Shown here piece by piece: positions 12,307 through 27,563 of a stretch of DNA of 64,000 bases. The stretch is from an uncultured Thermoleophilia bacterium (lineage in GTDB: Bacteria; Actinomycetota; Thermoleophilia; UBA2241). The notes beneath the pieces were generated by a model. The model made no database searches, was not told where the DNA came from, and saw only the letters and a program-made list of their open reading frames with translations. The stretch is taken from the NCBI GenBank assembly GCA_963715985.1, contig CAVQSP010000015.1:1-64000 (forward strand). The letters run 5' to 3'. Both the position numbers and the translations under genes were made by a program. Position 1 is the stretch's first letter; every line of letters starts with the position of its first letter.

Positions 12307-14427
12307 TCAGCGCCGCCTGGTCGCGATCTCCAGCTCGTAGCGGCTGTCGGCGTCGAGCGGGTTCAAGGCGAGGGCGCGCCTCAGCGCGGCGATCGCCCCC
12401 GCGCGGTCGTTGAACGCCTTGAGCAGCAGCACACCCTCCTGGTAGTAGGCCTCGTAGTTGTCGGGCTGCAGCCGCTGGGCGCGCCGCAGGGCGGTCAATG
12501 CGTCACCGTTGCGGCCCAGCTGCTGCAGCACCTGCGACTGCATGATGAGCGGGTCCACGGCCAGTGGGTCGAGGCTGACGGCGCGCCGTACGTGCACGAG
12601 GGCGGCGGCGGGGTCGCCCTCGCTCGCCGCCACCAGCGCCGCCTTCTCGGCGCGCCCCGACATGTACGGGAAGAGCCAGGCGACGGCCAGCAGTACCAGC
12701 AGAGCCGACGCCGCCGCGCGCAGAGGCCACGTGCCGCCGCGCCCCGCCGGCCCGGTCACGGGCGGCACCTGAGCACGAGTACCGTGCGGCGCCGGTCCGG
12801 TGGCGACGTCCTCCGGCGTGGCGGTCACGTCCTCCGGCGCCGCGGCCGCGAACGACGCGCCGCCTGCGTCCGCCCATTCCCTCACGCCCTTCCGGGCGGC
12901 CTCCCGCGTCGCCAGGTAGGAGGAACAGGTCGCCGCGAAGAGGAGAAACACGACACCCACGGCAGCCATGTTCCAGTCCCAATCCCATGACATGTGGACC
13001 ACGAACGCCACCATCCCCGCCTGCAGCGCGACGACGAGCGGCCGCAGCGGGTCCCGCCGGTCGCGGAAGGGGTTGCGGATGGCCGCCGCCAAGAAGAGCC
13101 CTATGGCAGCAACGAAGAGCCCGAGACCCACCACGCCGAGCCCGCTGAGCACTTCGAACCACTGGCTGTGGGCGTGCTTCACGACAAAGGGCGTCTCGCG
13201 GAACCGGTCGTTTGTGAACACGAAGGTACCGGCTCCCGTACCCAGGGCGCGTGCCGAGCGCGATTGCTGCAGCGCCTCCTTCCACAGCGGCGGCCGGCCG
13301 GTGTTCAGCGAGATCAGCCGCGTCGTTCCCTCGGCCGCACCGGTCGGGTCGTCGCCGGCGATGAACGTGTGCACGCGCTCCTTGACCCAGGCGCTGCCGC
13401 CGCGCGCCTCGAGAAAGCGCCACGATCCCACCGAGACGCCGGCCACGAGCACGACGGCGATGGCGACGCCTGCGGCGAACCGCAGCCACGACGGCCATGG
13501 TACGGAGCGATGGATCAAGGCCACGACGAGCTGCGCCGCGGCGGTGATCGCGAGCGCCAGGAGCATCCAGCGGAGCAGCGCGTGACCCTGCAGCGTGCGC
13601 AGCGCGTCGTCGGTCGTGGCCGTGAACAGCGTCTCCAGGCTGCGGACGCTCCACAAGGCGGCGGCCACGGGCAGCACGATGACCGCGAGGCTCGCGAAGC
13701 TCGCGAGCCTCGCGGTCGACAGGGTGAAGTACACGACCAGCGCGACCGCCAGAGCCACCCAGCCGCCGCGCGAGAGGGTGAAGAAGAAGGTGAGGCACAG
13801 CGGCGCGCAGCCGACCGCGGCCAGTACCCTCCATGCGGGGTGCAGGGCGCGGTCGCCCGCGAGCGCGAGGCCCACCACGAGCCCCATCACCATCATGAGC
13901 GCCAGGACGTTCCAGTACCCGACGGGACTGTCCAGCCGCGCGTAGGTGTGAGCATGCGTGACCACGTCCGGGACCACCTTGCCGAGAAAAGCGTATACAC
14001 CGACGGCAACGGCGACCACGAGGTAGCCTGCGCCGACAGTGCGCAGCTGCAGCGCCCCGGCCGGTGTCAGGCCCACGATCGCGGCCACGCTCAGGTAGAG
14101 CGCCGCGACGTCGAACACGACCCAGCTCAGGTCGGGACCGAACGACCACAGCACCGAGAGTCCCGTCCAGGCGACAAACAGGCCGAACGCAGCGAGATTC
14201 ACCAGGTAGAGCGGCGAGGGTCTGGAGCGGCGGCGCAGGAACCACACCCAGACGGCCGCCGCCAGCAGGTAGACGATGGCCACGGGGGCGCTGCGCGCCA
14301 GGATGAAGCCGCCGGAGAGGAAGGAGAAGACACCGGCGCAGATGAGGGTGAGCGCGAAGGGGGCGACATCGCGGAGGCGGCCCGGCGGCCACGCCGCGTA
14401 ACGGCCGGTGTTTACGCTTGCGTCCAT
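12307..14427 (-). CDS. O-antigen ligase/Wzy-like polymerase family membrane protein with C-terminal TPR repeats
   Basis: Many TM segments; RL..PVGYWN, TLSRGG, GR..LW, GTGAGTF, HAHSQWFE motifs; helical TPR-like C-terminus (ALRRAQRLQPDN, ALRRALALNP). Confidence 0.82.
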   Translation of the reverse strand: MDASVNTGRYAAWPPGRLRDVAPFALTLICAGVFSFLSGGFILARSAPVAIVYLLAAAVWVWFLRRRSRPSPLYLVNLAAFGLFVAWTGLSVLWSFGPDLSWVVFDVAALYLSVAAIVGLTPAGALQLRTVGAGYLVVAVAVGVYAFLGKVVPDVVTHAHTYARLDSPVGYWNVLALMMVMGLVVGLALAGDRALHPAWRVLAAVGCAPLCLTFFFTLSRGGWVALAVALVVYFTLSTARLASFASLAVIVLPVAAALWSVRSLETLFTATTDDALRTLQGHALLRWMLLALAITAAAQLVVALIHRSVPWPSWLRFAAGVAIAVVLVAGVSVGSWRFLEARGGSAWVKERVHTFIAGDDPTGAAEGTTRLISLNTGRPPLWKEALQQSRSARALGTGAGTFVFTNDRFRETPFVVKHAHSQWFEVLSGLGVVGLGLFVAAIGLFLAAAIRNPFRDRRDPLRPLVVALQAGMVAFVVHMSWDWDWNMAAVGVVFLLFAATCSSYLATREAARKGVREWADAGGASFAAAAPEDVTATPEDVATGPAPHGTRAQVPPVTGPAGRGGTWPLRAAASALLVLLAVAWLFPYMSGRAEKAALVAASEGDPAAALVHVRRAVSLDPLAVDPLIMQSQVLQQLGRNGDALTALRRAQRLQPDNYEAYYQEGVLLLKAFNDRAGAIAALRRALALNPLDADSRYELEIATRRR

Positions 14428-14434
14428 CGTCGGG

Positions 14435-14440
14435 ATTATA
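14435..14440 (-). promoter_or_regulatory. Perfect -10 box (TATAAT) 7 nt before the ATG; probable leaderless promoter
   Basis: Minus strand reads TATAAT-cccgacg-ATG with no Shine-Dalgarno. Confidence 0.65.
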
Positions 14441-14594
14441 CTGGTGCGGTGGAGAACGGACGGGCGTGGAGGTGCCCTCTCTCCCGTGTTGCGCGAAGGC
14501 CGTCAGTCTCTGTCATTGGCCGCCGCAAAGTGGTAAGAATGTCCAATACCCTGGCCACAGCGGCCGGGAAAGTGGCGTGAGGGGGGGTGAGAAC

Positions 14595-14960
14595 ATGAAG
14601 GGCAAGCTTCTTGGCGCCATCACGATCGCCGTGCTTCTCCTTACTGGTGTTCGCCGTCGTGGCTCAGGCCGTTCCCCAGTCCACGATCGACGACATCATC
14701 GAGGACGCGCAGGACGGTACCATCAACGGCACCTGGACGCGGAGGAGATCCGCGCCGCGCTCGCGTACGTGGAGGCCAACCCGATCGACGACGAGTACTC
14801 CAAGGTCAAGGGCACCCTGGAGGACTACCTGGCCAGCCTGCAAGCTCCCGGGGCGCAGGGCGGCGAGCTCGCCTTCACCGGCGGCGAGATCATCCTCATC
14901 CTCGGAGCCGGCGTCGGCCTCATAGGCAGCGGAGCGTTGCTGCGCCGCCGCCGCGCGTAG
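14595..14960 (+). CDS. Small secreted protein with LAFTG sortase-type cell-wall sorting signal (two compensating indels)
   Basis: Signal peptide MKGKLLGAITIAVLL..VFAVVAQA; middle section reads best in another frame (VPQSTIDDIIEDAQDGTINGTW); C-terminus ELAFTG, hydrophobic stretch, RRRRA. Confidence 0.7.
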   Translation: MKGKLLGAITIAVLLLTGVRRRGSGRSPVHDRRHHRGRAGRYHQRHLDAEEIRAALAYVEANPIDDEYSKVKGTLEDYLASLQAPGAQGGELAFTGGEIILILGAGVGLIGSGALLRRRRA

Positions 14961-14984
14961 CCGACCCACACCACGTGTGATCCG

Positions 14985-15016
14985 CGGGGCGCCTCCCTCA
15001 ACAGGGAGGCGCCCCG
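14985..15016. terminator. Bidirectional intrinsic terminator hairpin
   Basis: cggggcgcctccct-caac-agggaggcgccccg followed by ttcttc, between convergent genes. Confidence 0.85.
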
Positions 15017-15020
15017 TTCT

Positions 15021-16682
15021 TCATTTCAGATATGCGGTGACCGGCGCGGGGGCCAGCGAGTCGGCCAGCACCGCCCCCTCCGGCAGGCCCAGATCTCCGG
15101 CCAGCGCCAGCGCCGCGGACTGCAGGCCGGGCCGGTAGTACACACCCTCGCCGGAGAAGGTCGGCACCCACTCGCCGGCTGCGATCGGCTCTGCCTGGAA
15201 GCCCCATGTGCGGAGCCGTGCGGCGGAGCGCTCGCCTGCGCGCAACGACGACGCCACGACGCCCACCTCCGTGCGGCGTCGCGCCGCGAAGGAGAACCCT
15301 AGGCGCGTCGACGCGAGGTCGGGGGCCAGCGCGCCGGACCAGCAGGCGCGCACGAGCGTCGCCACGTTGGCCACAGCGGCAGCGCGAAACGCGCGGGCTG
15401 AGCCGCCCGGTGCACCGGGGTCCACCACCGCAAGCGGCGAGACGGGCTGGCCGCTTGCCCGCACGGCCGCGACAAGCGGCGTCTCGGCCGCGGCGGCCGT
15501 CGACGTAGCCTCGACGGGCAACGGTTCGCTGACCACGGCCGGCAGCCAGTTGATGCGGAGCGCCCGTCCGAGAATGCGCAGCGCCGCGGCCGCGTCACCT
15601 TCGCGTGCCGGCGAGGCGCCGGCCGGCGGCCCGACGAGCACCGCGAGCGGGTGCCACTCGCGGGCGGCGGCGACCGTGGCGGCGGCCAGGCGTGCCCAAC
15701 TCCTGACGGCGATCGCTTTGACCGCCACGGGGGCACCGGCCGACTCCCGCAGACGCAGACGCACCTCGTCGACGTACGCCTGAGAGATGCGGCTCCGCCC
15801 CGGCAGGACGACGAGGACGCGCGCCGGGGACGACTCTCGCGTGAGCAACGGCCGCTGCGCAGCAGGCAGCTCCCCCAGCTCGAGCGCGCGGCGCAGACGT
15901 GCGGCGGCGGCCGGGTCCACGCGCCAGGCGCGTCCCTCCCGGCACGCCTGCACGATCACCGGCGCCGCGCAGGTCCGGACCTCGCTGCGCGGCAGCACCT
16001 TGAACGTCCTCGCCAGGGAGGTCGCACGCTGCAGGTCGAGGTCGCTGTGGACGTGGCCGAAGCCCAGCACGTAGTTGGCGAAGCCGACGATGCTGGTACG
16101 CTCGAACGGTACCCTGCCCAGGTTCTCGGAGAGCACGCCGGCCTGCAGCGCCCACGCCCGGCGCGGGGCCGCGCTCCCCGCCCAGGCCTCGAGCATGCCC
16201 TGATACTGGGCGACCCGGGCGCGGCCGGCCTGGGCGGGCTCCGCAGCCGAGAGCGCAAGCCGGAGGGCCTCGTCGTCGAGCGTGAGCCAGGCGTCCATGT
16301 GCACCCCCACGGCCTGGCCGAGCGCCGTGGCGGCCGCCGCCGGTCCGGCCACATCCACCATCCGCGAGAGCGGCATGAAGCCGCCGCCGGCCACGAAGCC
16401 TTGCGACTCCGGGGCGACGACCACGGCCGCCACCGCGGGCTGCTCGTGGTCCACGTGGAACCAGAGCACGGCGGTGCATGTCTGTGTGCGGCCGCCGATC
16501 GCGAAGACGGCCAGATCCGTGGGAGAGCTCGGGGCGCGTTCCACCGTCGGGGCGGGCCCGACCACTTTGTGCCAAGGTCCCGGCGTGGCGAGAAGGATGA
16601 CGACGCCCAGGGCGAGCAGGACGCCGAGCAGCAGGGCGGCCCACGGGTCGAGGCGCCCCAGCACTGCGCGCAGCAGCTTCAC
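15021..16682 (-). CDS. Membrane-anchored degenerate LCP-like protein with LytR C-terminal-like domain
   Basis: N-terminal TM helix; segment resembling the LCP fold without the RSD/PRD/R-x-R motifs; C-terminal GVYYRPGLQSAALALAGDLGL (LytR_C-like); GTGA overlap with the upstream LCP gene. Confidence 0.55.
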   Translation of the reverse strand: MKLLRAVLGRLDPWAALLLGVLLALGVVILLATPGPWHKVVGPAPTVERAPSSPTDLAVFAIGGRTQTCTAVLWFHVDHEQPAVAAVVVAPESQGFVAGGGFMPLSRMVDVAGPAAAATALGQAVGVHMDAWLTLDDEALRLALSAAEPAQAGRARVAQYQGMLEAWAGSAAPRRAWALQAGVLSENLGRVPFERTSIVGFANYVLGFGHVHSDLDLQRATSLARTFKVLPRSEVRTCAAPVIVQACREGRAWRVDPAAAARLRRALELGELPAAQRPLLTRESSPARVLVVLPGRSRISQAYVDEVRLRLRESAGAPVAVKAIAVRSWARLAAATVAAAREWHPLAVLVGPPAGASPAREGDAAAALRILGRALRINWLPAVVSEPLPVEATSTAAAAETPLVAAVRASGQPVSPLAVVDPGAPGGSARAFRAAAVANVATLVRACWSGALAPDLASTRLGFSFAARRRTEVGVVASSLRAGERSAARLRTWGFQAEPIAAGEWVPTFSGEGVYYRPGLQSAALALAGDLGLPEGAVLADSLAPAPVTAYLK

Positions 16683-18715
16683 TTCACGGGCTTGAACGAG
16701 GTCGCGAGCCCCAGCATGACGTCGTTGGAGAGCTGGTTGTCCAGCGTGTTCAGCACCCAGTACAGCGTGTTGTTCCGCTTCCACGCGACCATGTGCAGAT
16801 GGTCGCCCTGGAAGAAGAGCATGTACTTCTGGCCCTTGATGACCTCGGTGCTGTTGGGGTGGTCGATGGCCGGCGGGTCGAGCCAGCGCATGGTCTGGAC
16901 GCTCCAGTAGCCGCCCATCGGCGTCCTCACCACGGCCACCGCCGCGCGCGTGCTCTTGCCCTCGAGGTTCTTGATCGCGTATTTGCGGAACTGGTCGTAC
17001 TCGAAGCCCGGCGACCAGGCGGTGGGCATCTCCAGGTGGAGCGGCGTCTCGGCGGCGAACGCCTTCCACGACGCCGCGTCGTAGCGCACATGCTTCTCGA
17101 GCACCTGCCGTGCCTGCTGCTCCGTCTGCGGCACCACCAGCGTGCCGTCCCAGGACGACGTGACCATGACGGTGATGCCGTCCGTCACGCCGGGGGCGCG
17201 GTCCACGAGCTGCACCTCGGACGGGAAGAACATCGCGGCGATGGCCTCGGCGGGGGTGGCCAGGGCCTTGGACGCGTAGACCATCGTCGTGGTGCCGGGG
17301 AACTCGGGGGCGTCAGGCCCGACCTCGGCCCTGTACCCCAGCGCGACCAGCTGGTTGACGGCCGTGGTGGACTGCCCCGCGATGCCGCTGCCGTTGTAGA
17401 CGGTCACCGTGTACATCTTCTTGGTGATCCCGGTAGCGCTGTCGCGGACCGGGGCCGGCACCGGCGTGGTGAAGTCGGCGACCGCCTTGTCGATCTCCTC
17501 CTGGGAGGCCACCACATAGGACACCCCGTCGATCATCGGTGTGCTGCCCTCGAGGTGGACGGTGTTGATCTTGGACGTGTCCACCTGGAAGATGAGCTCG
17601 ACCAGAGGCTGAAGCCGCTTGAGCGAGTCGATGTCGGACGTGGTCTCGCCGGTCACCGCCTTGATGAGCTTGAGCACCTTGTTCCAGTCCTGGCTCCAGC
17701 GACCCGACTGGCGCTGCATCTCCTTGAGGAACAGCTGCTGGCGCTGCATACGCGTGAAGTCGCCCGCCTGGTCGTGCCGGAAGCGCACGAAGTTCAGCGC
17801 CTGCTTGCCGCGCACAAGCTGGTACCCGGGCTCCAGGTCGATCGACTTGTAGTCGGCGCTCGCCGGCACGAAATAGCGGTGGTCGATGGGGACGTACACC
17901 CCGCCGAGGATGTTGACCACGTGCCAGAAGCCGGCGAAGTCGATCTCCACGAAGTGGTTGACCGGCAGGCCGGTGATCTCCTTGAAGGTCTTCACCACGA
18001 GCGGCGGCCCGCCGTAGGAGTAGGCCGCGTTCATCTTGTCGTACCCGTGGTCGGGGATGTTGACGCGCAGGTCACGGGGCAGCGAGAGCATCGAGATGCT
18101 CTTGGTCTGCGGGTCGAGACGCACGAGGATCTGCGTGTCCGAGCGCCCCGGGTCGCCGGGGATCTGGGACTTGTCCGAGCCGATGAGCAGGATGTTCATC
18201 GGCTTGCCCGGCAGCGCGGGCCGCAGCTCCTTGGTGGTCTCCGTGACCACCTTCTGCACCTCGGCGGTGCGGTGGCTCACGGTGCTCACGGTGCCGTTGG
18301 CCCACCCCAGCGCGAGACCGGGCGCGGCCAGAGTGACCACCACGACGGCCACGCCCACGAGCTTGAGGGCGAGCAGGCGGCCGAAGGCCAGGTACACGGC
18401 GGCGAAGGCGACGATGGCCGCCGCCACGATGGGCGCCGCCACCATGAGCCAGCCGGGCACCTTGCCGGAGAGCCTCGCGAGGTCGAAGGCGGCGCGCGAA
18501 TTACCGAACATGTCGCGGCCGTAGAACCAGAAGAGCGCGACGGCCACGGCGGCGGCCACAGCGACCACCGCCCAGATCAGCCAGCCGCGGAGCCCGGCAT
18601 CGTCGCTGCCGGACACCGTACGCGCCGCGTCGTGCGACAGGGGCTGCGGCGTTGCGCCGCGGCCCTCTCGCACGGGCTCGTTCTCACCGACCCTGTAGAC
18701 GCGGTAGTTGCCCAT
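16679..18715 (-). CDS. LCP (LytR-CpsA-Psr) family glycopolymer transferase with LytR_C domain
   Basis: NILLIGSD, RSDTQIL, LSLPRDL, KMNAAY, FVRFRH..GDFTRMQRQQ, VYNGSGIAG; GGAGG RBS. Confidence 0.92.
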   Translation of the reverse strand: MGNYRVYRVGENEPVREGRGATPQPLSHDAARTVSGSDDAGLRGWLIWAVVAVAAAVAVALFWFYGRDMFGNSRAAFDLARLSGKVPGWLMVAAPIVAAAIVAFAAVYLAFGRLLALKLVGVAVVVVTLAAPGLALGWANGTVSTVSHRTAEVQKVVTETTKELRPALPGKPMNILLIGSDKSQIPGDPGRSDTQILVRLDPQTKSISMLSLPRDLRVNIPDHGYDKMNAAYSYGGPPLVVKTFKEITGLPVNHFVEIDFAGFWHVVNILGGVYVPIDHRYFVPASADYKSIDLEPGYQLVRGKQALNFVRFRHDQAGDFTRMQRQQLFLKEMQRQSGRWSQDWNKVLKLIKAVTGETTSDIDSLKRLQPLVELIFQVDTSKINTVHLEGSTPMIDGVSYVVASQEEIDKAVADFTTPVPAPVRDSATGITKKMYTVTVYNGSGIAGQSTTAVNQLVALGYRAEVGPDAPEFPGTTTMVYASKALATPAEAIAAMFFPSEVQLVDRAPGVTDGITVMVTSSWDGTLVVPQTEQQARQVLEKHVRYDAASWKAFAAETPLHLEMPTAWSPGFEYDQFRKYAIKNLEGKSTRAAVAVVRTPMGGYWSVQTMRWLDPPAIDHPNSTEVIKGQKYMLFFQGDHLHMVAWKRNNTLYWVLNTLDNQLSNDVMLGLATSFKPVK

Positions 18716-18737
18716 CCTCCTCCAGCGATGCGCGCGG

Positions 18738-20081
<1,344 letters not shown>

Positions 20082-20126
20082 CAGACGGTCCTCAGTATAG
20101 CGAATGCCGGTGCTCAGGGACTGGGC

Positions 20127-21991
<1,865 letters not shown>

Positions 21992-22041
21992 CTAGACTCC
22001 GCTCTCCGTGGAAGGCGCGGTATGGCGCCAGGACTCGTTCA

Positions 22042-22919
22042 TCAGAGGGCCTCGGCCCCGGCCACCACCTCGAGGATCTCCTGGGTGATGGCCGCTTGAC
22101 GCGCGCGGTTGAAGGCCAGCGTGAGACTGCCGAGGATCTCCTCGGCGCTGTCGCTGGCGTTGCGCATGGCGGTCATGCGCGCCCCTTGCTCGCTGGCGCT
22201 CGACTCGAGGAGCGCCCGGTAGACGGCGATCTCGACGTAGGCCGGCAGGAGGCTCTCGAGGATGGTCGGCGCGTCCGGCTCGTAGGTGTACACGAACGGC
22301 GCCGTCTGCCTTCGCTGGAGGTGACGGCCGCGCGGGGCACCGGCAGGACGACGTCGTCCATGAGCGTCTGCTCGATGGGCGACGTGAAGTGGTTGTACAC
22401 GAGGCGCACGCGGTCGACCGCGCCGCTCACGTAGAGATCGATGAGCTCCTGCGCGATCTCCTTGGCGTCGGTGTACTCTGGGCGGTCGCTGAGGCCCTCC
22501 CAGGTCCGCTCCAGGCTGCAGCCACGGAAGCGCAGGCTGCCGACGCCCTTCTTGCCCACGGCGATGACGCCGCGTCTCCGCTCCCGAGGACCGCAGCCTG
22601 GGTCTCGACCTCCATGGCGCGACGAACGACGTTGGCGTTGAACGCGCCCGCCAGATCCGCGGTCGCCGGTCATGGCCACCACGGCGACGGTCCGGACCTC
22701 GGCGCGCTCCGCCAGCAGCGCGAACTGCCTGGTGTCGATCGAGTACTTCGCCAGGTCGATCATCATCCTGATCATGCCGTCGGCATAGGGGCGCAGCGCC
22801 TCGATACGCGCCTGGTTGCGGCGCAGCTTCGCCGCCGCGACCATCTCCATCGCCTTGGTGATCTTGCGCGTGTTCTGGACCGACGAGATGCGCCGGCGGA
22901 TGTCGCGAAGGGACGCCAC
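22042..22919 (-). CDS. atpG: ATP synthase F1 gamma subunit (several indels)
   Basis: [12 protein letters not shown] at the N-terminus and [26 protein letters not shown] at the C-terminus lie in different frames. Confidence 0.93.
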
Positions 22920-22920
22920 G

Positions 22921-24471
<1,551 letters not shown>

Positions 24472-24482
24472 TCCACGTCACC

Positions 24483-25025
24483 TCACAGTTCTGCTGTAGC
24501 CAGCCGGCGGCGCAGCTGGCGGATGCGCGCTTGCACGCTGCCGTCGACGATCACGTCGCCGACGCGCAGCACGAGGCCGCCGAGGATGTCCGGGTCGACG
24601 CGCTCTGTGAGCTCGACCGTTCGTCCCGTGGCCTCCGCGACCCGCGCGGCGATCTTCTTGCGTGCGTCGGCCGTGAGCTCCACGGCGGACGTCACCTCCA
24701 CATCCACGAGCTTCGCCAGAACGGCGGCGAGCTCGTCGTACGCCGCGCGCATGTCGGCGATGATGCCGAAGCGCCCGCGGTCGAGCAGGAGGAGCAGGGC
24801 GTTGGTGACCAGCCGCTGCCCTTCGCGCGTGAGCTCCGAGACGACGCGGCGTTTGGTGGCCGCGTCCTGCTGGGGGTCGAAGAGCACGTGGCGGAGCGGC
24901 GCGGACGTCGCGAGGGCGTCGGTGAACCCGTCCAGGTCGCGGCGCACAGGCTCCACGAGGCCGGCCGAGGAGGCCGCGCCGAAGAGGGCGCGCGCGTAGA
25001 CGGATGCGACCTGCTCCTCGCTCAC
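24483..25025 (-). CDS. atpH: ATP synthase F1 delta subunit
   Basis: VASVYARALF...VEVTSAVEL...VDPDILGGLVLRVGDVIVDGSV. Confidence 0.92.
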   Translation of the reverse strand: MSEEQVASVYARALFGAASSAGLVEPVRRDLDGFTDALATSAPLRHVLFDPQQDAATKRRVVSELTREGQRLVTNALLLLLDRGRFGIIADMRAAYDELAAVLAKLVDVEVTSAVELTADARKKIAARVAEATGRTVELTERVDPDILGGLVLRVGDVIVDGSVQARIRQLRRRLATAEL

Positions 25026-25027
25026 TC

Positions 25028-25532
25028 TCAGTTCTCCATGCCCAGCTGGTCGACCTTGAGCTCGGCCAGCGCCTCGTCGATGAGCCGCCGCTGGTCGTCG
25101 TCGCTGAGGGAGCGGGCGGCGACCTTCTCGGTGGCGAGCGCCGTGAGGTCGGCGATCTGCGCCTTGAGCTCGCGCACGGCGGCGACGTGTGTCGCGCTCG
25201 ATCTGTTCGTGCGCCTGCGCGAGCAGGCGCTCCGACTGGATGCGCGCCTCGGCCATGAGCTCGGCCTTGGCGTGCTCGCCCGTGGTGCGCGAGCGCTCGA
25301 GGATCTCCTCGGACTCGAGGCGCACCTTGGCGAGCGTGCCCTCGTACTCCTCGAGGAGCCGGCGGGCCTCGGCACGGGCCTGCTCGGCCGTGTCCATGCT
25401 CTCCTGCACGGCCTGACGGCGATCGTCGAGCAGCTTCTGGATAGGGCCGAAGGCGAACTTCCAGAGGACGAACACCGCGATCGCGAACGTGATGAGGGTC
25501 CAGATCATCAGACCCCACTCAGTGTTCAGCAT
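25028..25532 (-). CDS. atpF: ATP synthase Fo b subunit (one indel makes an apparent b-delta fusion in the ORF track)
   Basis: GLMIWTLITF..LWKFAFGPI..LDDRR coiled coil; C-terminus AVRELKAQIADL..ATEKV..DDQRRLIDE is in another frame with its own stop. Confidence 0.9.
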
Positions 25533-25575
25533 GGTGTCCCCCGTCCTTCCGTGGTCGCGGGAACCGCGTGGGTCA

Positions 25576-25824
<249 letters not shown>

Positions 25825-25863
25825 TTACGCGTTGACGCTGCGAGACAGAGCGACCGGACATGG

Positions 25864-26715
25864 TCAGTGGTCCGAGTCCAGCGCCCCACCGATGTAGACG
25901 GCGGAGAGGATGGCGAAGATGAAGGCCTGGATGACGGCCACGAAGATCTCGAACATGTAGATGAGCACCGAGGCGCCCTGGAGGGCGGCGCCGATGAGGT
26001 AGCTCTGGAAGATCAGGGCCATGGCGAAGAACACGCGCGAGGATGGCGTGGCCGGCGACCATGTTGGCGAAGAGTCGCACGGAGAGCGAGACGAGACGGA
26101 AGACCTCGCTGATGGCGTGGATGACGAAGATGAACTCTTGCAGCACCGGCGGCGCACCCTTGGGCATCCAGCTGCCGAAGTACTTGCGCACCCCGTACTT
26201 GTGGATGCCGGCGTAGTGCGTGAACACGAACGTGAACAGGGCCAGCGTGAGCGTGACGTAGAGATTGGCCGTGGCGGCGTAGAAGCTGAGCTGGCGGTGC
26301 TCCCCGAACGGCAGCGGGAGAGCCCGATGAGGTTGTTGACGAGCACGAAGAAGAACACCGCGCCGATGTACGGGAACCAGGTGTCCATGCCGCTGCGCAT
26401 GACCGACTTGGCGATGCCGTCTTGGCCAGCGCGTACATGCCCTCCATGGCCGCCTGGAAGCGCCCGGGCTGGGGCTTGAGCTGCGGGCGATGACGATGGC
26501 GGAGGCGACGAGGACGGCGGTGGTCAGCCACAGGTACACGACCGCCTTGTTGATCGAGAGGTCGAGCGGTCCGAGCGCGGGGAACTTGATGATGGGCTCA
26601 GATCGAACTCACCCGCGACGTCGAGACTCTCCTTCTCCCCGCCGGGGATGAGGAAGAGCCCGACGAGCGCGGCGATGACGATGAGCGCCCAGACCACTTC
26701 ATGCCCTTCGTTCAT
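25864..26715 (-). CDS. atpB: ATP synthase Fo a subunit (multiple indels)
   Basis: PGRFQ, NNLIGL, ATANL, SLSVRLFANMVAGH, EIFVAVIQAFIFAILSAVYI spread across frames. Confidence 0.9.
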
Positions 26716-27114
26716 CTGCCTCCCGCGCTTGCGCGCCGCCGGAGCGGGCGGTGTGTACGTGAAGGGGCGCAGGCCGAGGTAGGCAGTGAACCCCGCGAGG
26801 AACGACAGCGCGGCCGTCGCGAACGCCGGGCGCGCGAGCACGCCGACGAGGACGAGGACGCCGAGCACGACGCCAGCGCACGCCCATGCCGCCCACGGCG
26901 AGGCCGAGCGCCAGCCAACGCGGTCGCGCGCGCGCCGCCACGTGAGCAGCCTCCAGGCCCCAGTAGACGAGCATGAGGCCGCCGCCCACGAGGGCGGCCC
27001 ACACGGGCTGCCGAGGAGGGCGGCGACGATGGCGCGCGCCAGCGCGACGGCGAGCAGGACTGCGGGTATCAGGACCTTGGCGCGTATGGGACCGGTCACC
27101 CCTCGCTCGCTCAC
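26712..27114 (-). CDS. ATP synthase protein I-like membrane protein (indels)
   Basis: Hydrophobic ORF of about four TM segments between atpZ-like and atpB, overlapping both neighbours. Confidence 0.6.
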
Positions 27115-27335
27115 TTCGTCTCCAGGTAGACGGCGTACAGCGCCAGAGCGAAACCGGCGAACACGCCGATCACCGTGAACAAGGGGAACGTCCTCACGAG
27201 CCAGTCGATGCCCGCGCCCACGGCGAGGCCGGTGACGACGCCGCCGAGCAGAAGAAAGGCGACAGACTCAGCCGACGTCGACGACCGCCGCTTGCCGTCG
27301 TTCCCCTTCGTTCGTCCGGTGATTGTGAGTTCCAC
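27111..27335 (-). CDS. AtpZ/AtpI family small membrane protein
   Basis: GLAVGAGIDWLVRTFPLFTVIGVFAG matches the G..lD......P....G...G pattern; first gene of the atp operon. Confidence 0.8.
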   Translation of the reverse strand: MELTITGRTKGNDGKRRSSTSAESVAFLLLGGVVTGLAVGAGIDWLVRTFPLFTVIGVFAGFALALYAVYLETK

Positions 27336-27563
27336 TCTATCCTGCCCTGGCCGTGGCCTGCAATGCGTCGCAGCCTCCGAGTGGCGGCGCGCCGAAGGCC
27401 GCCGCTCCCGGGGATTCTATCCGGTGAACGGCAGCGTGCAGGGGTCGCCGGCGAGGCGCGGCGCGGACGCAGGGCGGGAGCGGGGCGCGAGCTGCGGCGG
27501 CCGGTGCCGGGTCCAGGGGAGCGGCGTCTGGGCCCGCTGGTGACGAACCACCGGGTGATGGCG

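Noticed and set aside
12800-12845. Short tandem repeat encoding PEDVTATPEDVAT
   Set aside because: Two-copy low-complexity linker within a CDS; not an array.
14581-14587. G7 tract as a phase-variation switch
   Set aside because: Short, overlaps the RBS and unremarkable at this GC content.
24483-25532. Apparent AtpF-AtpH (b-delta) fusion
   Set aside because: Made by one indel; the b C-terminus and stop (25028) and a separate GTG start for delta are present.
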